Positions 15,801 to 22,815 of a stretch of DNA of 43,512 nt are shown here, one piece after another. The stretch comes from Candidatus Woesearchaeota archaeon. GTDB lineage: Archaea; Nanobdellota; Nanobdellia; Pacearchaeales; GW2011-AR1. Position numbers and translations under genes: made by a program. Under the pieces are notes generated by a model. The model saw only the letters and a list, made by a program, of their open reading frames with translations. It was not told where the DNA came from and searched no databases. The DNA lies in the NCBI GenBank assembly GCA_964361295.1, contig CAYIAD010000001.1, positions 1 to 43,512 of the forward strand, read 5' to 3'. How positions within the stretch are numbered: position 1 is the first letter of the stretch; each line of letters starts with the position of its first letter.

Positions 15801-16784
15801 TCAGGTAGAATATCTCCTCAGTTCTTTGAACACATGTTCTCCCCAGATTAAACTTTGGTTCCTACCATCCCAATCAATATCTTCAAATCTATAATCTATT
15901 TCATCTCTAAAACATAGTTGTTTAAGAGCAGTCTTTAATTTTTGTATAGATATTTTTTTCCCAGTATTTTGTAGTATATACTCTCTGGGTTTATATTTAT
16001 GGATATTTTTTAAAACCTCTTCTATCGCCATAGCTAAACCCTCGGGAGTTGGTTCAAAAAAAGCACCGGTCAAATTATTGATGTGCTTTCTTGTGGGATA
16101 ACAAACATCTTCAGGAATTAATACAGGAATGTTTGCAGATAAGCATTCCATTTTAAATCGATTAATCCCTTCTACTTTAGTCGTTAATATCCCTATTTGA
16201 GATTTATTTATTTCTTTATTTATTTCTTCTTTTGATCCTGGAAAATCTTTGTTACTCTTTGCATTATTAAAAAGAAAATCAATGTTCGCTCCAGTATCTT
16301 TAGCCAATTGAATCATTGAATCTCGGAATTCTATTTCTTGCATTGAGCCTCCATCTACAAAATGTCCCAATTTTAAGAATTTTCTTTTTGGAATTAATGA
16401 TGCAGCTCTAATTAATATTTCTGGTCTTTTAAACTCTGCCCATTGAGATATCTGAATACCAGTATACTCTTTTTCTAAATTTAATGGTTTAAAGTTTTCT
16501 GTGTCTACAAAGTCTGCTCCTGCAATATCTAACAAAATTGCATTGGGAAATCTTTTTTTGGTTTCTTCCCAAAAAGAGAGATCTTCTACTAATTTTATAT
16601 CCGCATATTTTGAATCGTTAAGTCCTCTCCAACCCCTTCTTTCAATTATATAAAATTTATCCTTTACAAAAGGCATTTTTTCTACCACGTTATCTACTTG
16701 TGAAAGAATTATAGCCCCTTTTTTATTTTCAAATGGCTCTTTTAATATTTTCATACTATAATAACCAATTGGAACTTTTTCCAT
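15801..16784 (-). CDS. GT-B fold glycosyltransferase (GT1/GT4-like)
   Basis: The C-terminal ILTTKVEGINRFKMECLSANIPVLIPED...TGAFFEPTPEGLAMAIEEVLKN matches the GT4 E-x-G...E-x-x-A-x-G-x-P-V / TG-x-L...pe-la-x-ai pattern. Confidence 0.55.
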   Translation of the reverse strand: MEKVPIGYYSMKILKEPFENKKGAIILSQVDNVVEKMPFVKDKFYIIERRGWRGLNDSKYADIKLVEDLSFWEETKKRFPNAILLDIAGADFVDTENFKPLNLEKEYTGIQISQWAEFKRPEILIRAASLIPKRKFLKLGHFVDGGSMQEIEFRDSMIQLAKDTGANIDFLFNNAKSNKDFPGSKEEINKEINKSQIGILTTKVEGINRFKMECLSANIPVLIPEDVCYPTRKHINNLTGAFFEPTPEGLAMAIEEVLKNIHKYKPREYILQNTGKKISIQKLKTALKQLCFRDEIDYRFEDIDWDGRNQSLIWGEHVFKELRRYST

Positions 16785-16794
16785 TTTTAATTAA

Positions 16795-17757
16795 TTATTT
16801 TATTACCTCCTTTATAGCATCTTCTTTTAGAAGCTCAAACGGAAGAGTAATATTGATTTTATGTTTTGTATCTCCAATACTAACTGAGCCAATCTCATAC
16901 TTCTCAAAGGCTTCATTTATTTCCGATATTTTCCATTCTTTTGGAATTTTTAAATTGTCTTTAAACTTTATGAAGACTTCTATTGGTGAACCCCAATGTC
17001 TCTTGTGTGGACGATTATAATAACTAATTTTATTCATAGCAAAGTCTCCAGTAACAGCAATCCTGTCACATAAATTTCCTATTTTATTCAAAATAAATTT
17101 ATTTATTTCTTTTTTTACCTTGATCTGATCTACATAGGCTTTTTCTTCTGGCAAAAATGTAGACATGTGATTTGAATCGTTTATCACTTTTATACTCCAT
17201 TGACCTTTAGAGTACTCAAGAATATTAATGCAGGTATTGTCCTGTTTCACCTTAATAAAATCATTTTTTTCCCTTAGCTGAGACATATTAACAAAAGCTC
17301 CATTGAAACCAGAATGAGATATTATCAAGATATTTCCTTCTTCTGTCTCTAAATCTTTCATGAATGATTTCATTCTTTTTATAATATCCCAAATATTCTC
17401 TCCTCCATAGGGTCTTATTTCTTCCTTAGGAACTCCTTGTTCAAGCAATTCATCATACTTTTTACGCCATTCTTCAGAAGATTGATCTACTCCGCCAGAG
17501 TCATATTCTCTTAGTCGCTTATCTAAAAAAACAGGAGCATTTATTATTTTTGTAATGATTTTTGTTGTTTCGGTAGCCCTTCTTAAATCACTAGAGAATA
17601 TTTTTTTAAATTTAATATTTTTAATCCTTTCAGAAAGTTTTTTTACCTGTTCGATACCAAACTCATTTAATGAAATGTCGGGATGTTGCCCCCATTTCTT
17701 TTTTTGTCTATTAGTTTCTGTCTCCCCATGCCGAACAAGATATACTTTTAGTGTCAT
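16795..17757 (-). CDS. Histidine phosphatase (PGAM superfamily) fused to an uncharacterised C-terminal domain (paralog of 14790-15779)
   Basis: PGAM motifs are YLVRHGETETN, SSDLRRATETTKII, GGENIWD and IISHSG. The C-terminal ..VTGDFAMNKISYYNRPHKRHWGSPIEVFIKF.. aligns with its paralog. Confidence 0.75.
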   Translation of the reverse strand: MTLKVYLVRHGETETNRQKKKWGQHPDISLNEFGIEQVKKLSERIKNIKFKKIFSSDLRRATETTKIITKIINAPVFLDKRLREYDSGGVDQSSEEWRKKYDELLEQGVPKEEIRPYGGENIWDIIKRMKSFMKDLETEEGNILIISHSGFNGAFVNMSQLREKNDFIKVKQDNTCINILEYSKGQWSIKVINDSNHMSTFLPEEKAYVDQIKVKKEINKFILNKIGNLCDRIAVTGDFAMNKISYYNRPHKRHWGSPIEVFIKFKDNLKIPKEWKISEINEAFEKYEIGSVSIGDTKHKINITLPFELLKEDAIKEVIK

Positions 17758-17763
17758 TTTATT

Positions 17764-18768
17764 TTAATTTATTTGCGAAATTAAAGCTTCTAAATCTTTT
17801 GAGGTGATGCTACTTTTTTCATTAAAGCCAACTGATATTGCTTTTGTTCTTTTCAGCCATCCGATGTTTATACTTCCTCCGTTTGGTCTATGTTCTTCTT
17901 TTCTTTTTATTGCCTGAAAAACTTGTTGGTCTGAGAGGGGAGTTAAAGTAAATGACCCCTCCTCTAGATAGTATAATAATATTATTCCATTTACCCCACA
18001 ATAAGGAAGTGTTTTTATTCCTTCTAGATGTGCAAATCTTCTTCTTGATATCATTACTCCTGCGTCCACATTATAAGATTTATTATTTATTATGTCTTCT
18101 ATATCTTCTGCCTCAAGGATTTGAGTAGCATCCAACTCACTAGTCTTTAGAAGTAATTGTCGGAGTTTTTCAGATTTTGCAATTGAAGAAAATCGTAAAT
18201 GAACCGGTTTTGGCAAATAACTTCCAGTTAAAATATCTTCTTCAACAGATAAAAAAGTTTTACCGTCAGAAACTAATGAACCGCCAAAATCATCCATCAT
18301 CTTTAGAGCCAAGGTAGTTTTTCCTGCCCTATGATCTCCTATAATCAGATATCCTTTCGAATCTAAAGAAACTAATGATGCGTTAATGAGTACTTTATTT
18401 GATGAATGCTCATCACTATTTAAATAAAAATATCTTAAACATTTTAATGGTCCTTTTTCATCTCCTGGAAGGTAAGATACAATTAAAAAATCATTTGGGG
18501 ATCTTTGCCAAATACTTCGAGTCAATATTCCATATCTAAAATAATCTTTTCCTCTAAAGCTAAAATCACTATTATCTCTACTCCATGTGTGTGGATAGGC
18601 TTTATCATTTAAAACTACTCTTGATTTTTCAGCACGGACTCTTATCATACAATCGGGCGATTCATCTTCTTTTGGAGATTCGTCTAAATTCATTAATACC
18701 CTCCGTTCATATGGGTCAGGCAAATCAAATCCTATTGTTGTTTCTCCAAGATATTTAATATTTTTCAT
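17764..18768 (-). CDS. HPr kinase/phosphorylase-like P-loop protein (HprK-related kinase)
   Basis: LIIGDHRAGKTTLALKMMDDFGGSLVSDGKTFL...LTGSYLPKPVHLR parallels the HprK pattern G-x-SG-x-GKS..AL.L....LVaDD.. ..G.p. It also has an extra ~130-aa N-terminal domain. Confidence 0.55.
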   Translation of the reverse strand: MKNIKYLGETTIGFDLPDPYERRVLMNLDESPKEDESPDCMIRVRAEKSRVVLNDKAYPHTWSRDNSDFSFRGKDYFRYGILTRSIWQRSPNDFLIVSYLPGDEKGPLKCLRYFYLNSDEHSSNKVLINASLVSLDSKGYLIIGDHRAGKTTLALKMMDDFGGSLVSDGKTFLSVEEDILTGSYLPKPVHLRFSSIAKSEKLRQLLLKTSELDATQILEAEDIEDIINNKSYNVDAGVMISRRRFAHLEGIKTLPYCGVNGIILLYYLEEGSFTLTPLSDQQVFQAIKRKEEHRPNGGSINIGWLKRTKAISVGFNEKSSITSKDLEALISQIN

Positions 18769-18784
18769 ATTCCTTAAATTTTAT

Positions 18785-19834
18785 TTACGATAGTAAGTCT
18801 TCTATTACTGTTTTGTTTAATTTTTTATAATCTGAAAAAGATAATTTAAAACAAGGTATCCCTTCGATCCAATCTTCATGTGTTAAAGCTTCTTGCATTT
18901 CTTCTTTTTCATAAGCTTTCTTCAGTCGACCCATATCAGGATTTTTTGCTATCTCTACTTCTCTTAAAATAGAAAATGCTTTGTATGGATCCATTCTCTC
19001 TATTCTCGGGGCATCATCTTTAGAGTATTCTGGAAATACTATTCTAGTTATTCTGCATTTGCTTCTTGTCCTAACTCCAAGAAAGCTTGCAAAATTTTTC
19101 CTAGCAATGTCTACGCTTGCATCCAAATCTAATTTTCCCGATTTGATTAACTTCTCAATATAATCTTCATCTATATTTTGTGTTGCTTCTACAATAGAAT
19201 AATCGTCTAGTATTCTTGATAACCCCTTTGTATCATAAACTGATTTCAACCTAAGGTGGATTGGAACGGGTAAATAAAAACCGGTTAATCCCTCTTTGGT
19301 TTTTTCAACTAACGTATGTTCATCCATAACAAGATTTGAAGATAAATTCTCTAAGAACCATAATAATAAAGATGTTTTTCCTGCAAAAGAATTTCCTGGA
19401 ATTAATATTCCCTCTGATCCAAAACTTACTAAAGAAGAATGGAATAATGCTTTGTTCCTTGAAGAATCTTGACTAAAGTACCATTTTTTTATTATCCTAG
19501 TAACTCCACTCTCATCTTTCGGTATATAAGATTCCACTACAAACTCATTTTCTCTTGGTATTAGGATAGTCATCACCTTTTCCTTGTATCTAAAAAAATC
19601 TATTGCTGGTAAAGGTCTAGACTCATCTAAAGAAGTTCTAGCAAAGGGATATTCTTTATTTTTAACAATTCTAACTGGAGAACCAGATATAACTTCTATC
19701 TTTAAATCTGCATAGACTTCTTTAGAACTAGTGATAACTGGCTCATCAATATTTTTTTCTATTCTCGTTAAATATTCTTGTGGAGCATCTATAAGTATTT
19801 TTTTTTCTCCAAGATAATTGAATAGTCTAAACAT
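18785..19834 (-). CDS. HPr kinase-like P-loop protein (paralog of 17764-18768)
   Basis: ILIPGNSFAGKTSLLLWFLENLSSNLVMDEHTLV...LTGFYLPVPIHLR matches its neighbour. The two also share N-terminal blocks (YLGE..I.D.P..Y). Confidence 0.55.
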   Translation of the reverse strand: MFRLFNYLGEKKILIDAPQEYLTRIEKNIDEPVITSSKEVYADLKIEVISGSPVRIVKNKEYPFARTSLDESRPLPAIDFFRYKEKVMTILIPRENEFVVESYIPKDESGVTRIIKKWYFSQDSSRNKALFHSSLVSFGSEGILIPGNSFAGKTSLLLWFLENLSSNLVMDEHTLVEKTKEGLTGFYLPVPIHLRLKSVYDTKGLSRILDDYSIVEATQNIDEDYIEKLIKSGKLDLDASVDIARKNFASFLGVRTRSKCRITRIVFPEYSKDDAPRIERMDPYKAFSILREVEIAKNPDMGRLKKAYEKEEMQEALTHEDWIEGIPCFKLSFSDYKKLNKTVIEDLLS

Positions 19835-20750
19835 TGTAATTTCTAAGATCCTCCTCTATAGAGGGTCCTACTCCTACAATTCTTCTTGATTGTTGAATTT
19901 CTTTATTCTGCATCCATCTTTCCTTTGAGAAATATCCCTTTGGATGATCTAAATGTAAAACTTCAAAACGTTCTTCGGTAGGAAATTGAAGAAAACCAAA
20001 CGATTCTTTTAATTTCCATTGCAAATCTGCATCCTGACATCCCCATCCAGCAAATCTTAAGGAAAATCCACCCACCAGATTAAATTGTTTTTTGAGCATT
20101 AATGTTCCACCTGCATGAGTCTCTAAAGTAGAGTAAAATGGTTCATATCCTTTTGCTGAATCTCTTATATAATTTTCATAATCTGTTTCTGTATAAAGAA
20201 AAGTTTTCATTCTTCCTGATTCAAATTTCTTAAAAATCTTCATGCCAACTTTATGTGAGCCAGTTGCTAGATATGGCTTAGATCTATCTAAATGACTTAG
20301 AGAAAGTTCTATTCCATTTAATTTTGTATCTTCACTAAATTCTTGAAAGCATTCCAAGGGTAATCTTTTCATAGGAGGTCTAAATAGAATACCTCCATTT
20401 AGTTCTTTTAAGAGTTGAATAGATTCTTTTAAGAAATAAGGATTTTGGAAGATTATATCTCCATCGCTACTATAAACAAAGGGATTATTGCATTCGCTGA
20501 CTGCTTTATTTCTTACTACTCCAGGACAGAAAAATTCTCCGTCTTTATTACTTATTGGAATATGAATGTATTTTATGATACTCAGAAAATTATCTTTTTT
20601 TAAGGTAGGGGATCTCGATTGTTCTACTACTACAACCTCCAAATCTACTTCTTTTTGAAGACCCATCGAATCTAACACTAAATTGACTCTGTCCTCTTTA
20701 AATACACCATAAAAAGGTATTGCTACACTTATTTTTTCTTTTGAATTCAT
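19827..20750 (-). CDS. GT-A fold glycosyltransferase (GT2-like, galactosyltransferase-type C-terminal motif)
   Basis: Motifs are ISVAIPFYG...LEVVVVEQS, a DxD (SSDGDIIF), and GWGCQDADLQWKL followed by LHLDHPKGY. Confidence 0.65.
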   Translation of the reverse strand: MNSKEKISVAIPFYGVFKEDRVNLVLDSMGLQKEVDLEVVVVEQSRSPTLKKDNFLSIIKYIHIPISNKDGEFFCPGVVRNKAVSECNNPFVYSSDGDIIFQNPYFLKESIQLLKELNGGILFRPPMKRLPLECFQEFSEDTKLNGIELSLSHLDRSKPYLATGSHKVGMKIFKKFESGRMKTFLYTETDYENYIRDSAKGYEPFYSTLETHAGGTLMLKKQFNLVGGFSLRFAGWGCQDADLQWKLKESFGFLQFPTEERFEVLHLDHPKGYFSKERWMQNKEIQQSRRIVGVGPSIEEDLRNYNV

Positions 20751-20775
20751 TTTCCTTTAAATTCTTTTAAGGCGG

Positions 20776-21738
20776 TCATTTTTCCCCATACTCTTTTTTT
20801 AATATTTCTTTATCATATTCAACTGCTAATTTTACTCCATTTTTCTTTCTTTCAGAACTTTTTTCCTCATTAAGAGCCCACATTTTTGGAGAGACATATC
20901 CTTTTGGATGATCTAAATGGATAACTTCTAATTCTGGAGGGAAAAATTCTAATTTGTACAGCTCTCTAAATTTCCATTGTAAATCTGAATCCTCACACCC
21001 CCAATTTATAAATCTCTCACAATATCCCCCCAAAGCTATAAAATGAGATCTTCTAAATAAGTTTGATCCACAATGTCTATTTTCATTCCAGTAAATTGGC
21101 CAGAAATTGAAATTGTCATCTGATCCAAGTCTTTCTTCAACATATTTTTTATAATCTTCTATTAAAGAAGTAAAAGTTTTCCTGTAATTTGCTTCTTTGC
21201 TATCTTTTTCAAAAATCTTTAGCTCTCTATATGAAGTAGATGTTTTAACTAAAAATTCTTGATTAATGACTAACTTTTTAAGTGCTTTTTCAAAACCTAG
21301 AGAATTACACCATTGATTAAACTCTTCAAAATTATCTTTAGGTAATCTTCTCATAAATGGACGGAATAATGCTTTGTTTGGATCTGTTTTAATAAAATCG
21401 AGTAATTTTTTTAGAAAATATGGATCTGGGAAGATTACATCCGCATCCATAGTATAGATATAATCTTTTGTAGAATTTAAGATAGCAATATTTCTCACTT
21501 TTCCTGGATTAAAATCACTTAAGTTTTCTCGTGGTTTGTGATAAGTAAAAGCATATCTTACTCCCTCAATTGAAGGAAATCTTCTAGTCTCTCCTTGTTC
21601 AGATACAACAATTTCTTTATCTATATCTTTTTGCATTTTTATAGAATCGATGCATCTAAGAATTCTCTGAATATCAAAATTTCCATATAATGGAATAATT
21701 ACACTTATTCCTTCATTTTGTCGCATAAAATTACTCAT
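20776..21738 (-). CDS. GT-A fold glycosyltransferase (paralog of 19827-20750)
   Basis: Motifs are ISVIIPLYG...EIVVSEQG, a DxD (TMDADVIF), and NWGCEDSDLQWKF followed by IHLDHPKGY. Confidence 0.65.
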   Translation of the reverse strand: MSNFMRQNEGISVIIPLYGNFDIQRILRCIDSIKMQKDIDKEIVVSEQGETRRFPSIEGVRYAFTYHKPRENLSDFNPGKVRNIAILNSTKDYIYTMDADVIFPDPYFLKKLLDFIKTDPNKALFRPFMRRLPKDNFEEFNQWCNSLGFEKALKKLVINQEFLVKTSTSYRELKIFEKDSKEANYRKTFTSLIEDYKKYVEERLGSDDNFNFWPIYWNENRHCGSNLFRRSHFIALGGYCERFINWGCEDSDLQWKFRELYKLEFFPPELEVIHLDHPKGYVSPKMWALNEEKSSERKKNGVKLAVEYDKEILKKEYGEK

Positions 21739-21760
21739 TATTGAAATTTATAAATTTTAC

Positions 21761-21769
21761 TATTTTAAA
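21761..21769 (-). promoter_or_regulatory. TATA-like box (minus strand TTTAAAATA) for the glycosyltransferase/kinase/phosphatase cluster
   Basis: It lies 22 nt upstream of the ATG at 21738 on the minus strand. Confidence 0.4.
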
Positions 21770-21782
21770 GAGAGAATATATA

Positions 21783-21796
21783 GAAAAGATTAAATA
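21783..21796 (+). promoter_or_regulatory. BRE/TATA-like box GAAAAGATTAAATA upstream of archease
   Basis: It ends 21 nt before an ATG at 21818, which opens a 19-codon micro-ORF. The archease ATG is at 21890. Confidence 0.45.
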
Positions 21797-21889
21797 TAAC
21801 CAGTTCTTATGAGAGAGATGAAGAATAACATTAAATTCCTCTGCTCGGAACCCGAACTTTTCAGTAAAGGTTTTTAGTAAAGGTGTAAA

Positions 21890-22327
21890 ATGATAAAAAC
21901 AAAAAGTAACAAAAAAGAGTCAAAGTTCAAATTCCTCGAACATACAGCAGATGTTAAATTTCAGGCATCTGGGAAAAGTTTAGAAGAAGCATTTTCAAAT
22001 TGTGTTTTGGCTTTGAGAGAGACGATTACTCGAGGATTAAAAATTCAGGAAAAGGAAACTCAGAAAATTAGAGTTGAAGGAAAAGATTTGGAAAATTTGT
22101 TATATGCTTTTTTGGAAGAATTTTTGTATTTACTTGATGCAAAGAGTTTTTTAGTTTCAAAAATTAAAGAAATTGAAATTAAAGATAACAAATTAACAGC
22201 AATTGTCGTCGGTGATGAAGCTAAAAATTATAAATTTTCAAATCCTGTTAAAGCAATAACTTATAATGAGATGTTTGTAAAACAAATTAATAATAAATGG
22301 GTTTGTCAGGTTGTGCTGGATGTTTAA
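21890..22327 (+). CDS. Archease (RtcB tRNA-ligase activator family)
   Basis: FKFLEHTADVKFQASGKSLEEAF is the N-terminal archease signature, and the ~145-aa size fits. Confidence 0.8.
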   Translation: MIKTKSNKKESKFKFLEHTADVKFQASGKSLEEAFSNCVLALRETITRGLKIQEKETQKIRVEGKDLENLLYAFLEEFLYLLDAKSFLVSKIKEIEIKDNKLTAIVVGDEAKNYKFSNPVKAITYNEMFVKQINNKWVCQVVLDV

Positions 22328-22376
22328 TATTCTTGAAGATATAAATACTTTTAAATGAAAAAGTTTATATAAAAAT

Positions 22377-22754
22377 ATGGAGATTGAAAAAACAATATCA
22401 AAAGCAAGTGTGGCTGTTCTTACTGGAATTGAAAGCATTAATCAAACTATGTTAATGGCTGATAGAATTGAAGAATATGAAAGAAGAATTAGAAATATTA
22501 CTGGTGCTGTTGGCTATCATACTGCACATATTGGAATTCCAATTATTGAAGGGCTTGCAATTGCGGGATTAGGTTATATGGCAATCAAAGCAACTGAAAA
22601 AATATGGGACAAATTTATTTACAATCCAAGAGCATCAACATTTGCTTCTCGGCCTCAGGAAAAAGAAATTCGACCTGTAAGAGGTCATATTTTTCCTCCA
22701 ACAACAAGAAAAGTATTTTTGGAAAATTCTGCTTCAGAAGAAAGTTCAGAATAG
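22377..22754 (+). CDS. Hypothetical membrane-associated protein
   Basis: It has a hydrophobic central segment (HIGIPIIEGLAIAGLGYMAI) and no recognisable motif. Confidence 0.4.
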   Translation: MEIEKTISKASVAVLTGIESINQTMLMADRIEEYERRIRNITGAVGYHTAHIGIPIIEGLAIAGLGYMAIKATEKIWDKFIYNPRASTFASRPQEKEIRPVRGHIFPPTTRKVFLENSASEESSE

Positions 22755-22782
22755 TAAAGGAAAAACAGAGAATTCTATAAGC

Positions 22783-22802
22783 AATATTTATAAATTAGTT
22801 TT
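22783..22802 (+). promoter_or_regulatory. Promoter 20-mer AATATTTATAAATTAGTTTT (identical to 8428-8447)
   Basis: The TATA box (22787-22794) ends 21 nt before the ATG at 22816. This argues against the TTG at 22801 used by the ORF track. Confidence 0.55.
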
Positions 22803-22815
22803 GCGTTTGTTACAT

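Noticed and set aside
15029-19163. Antisense ORFs 15029-15250, 15373-15618, 16733-17020, 17555-17767 and 18981-19163 within the minus-strand cluster
   Set aside because: Each lies within a motif-supported CDS on the other strand. They are hydrophobic, low-complexity translations typical of reverse frames.
22238-22438. 66-aa minus-strand ORF bridging the archease 3' end and the next gene start; likewise 25348-25548, 25555-25833, 26385-26576, 28559-28765, 30733-30996, 31208-31393, 32688-32933, 33388-33684, 34301-34513, 37785-37976, 38783-38998 and 41338-41583
   Set aside because: All are antisense to, or overlap, better-supported genes, and none has a recognisable motif or promoter geometry.
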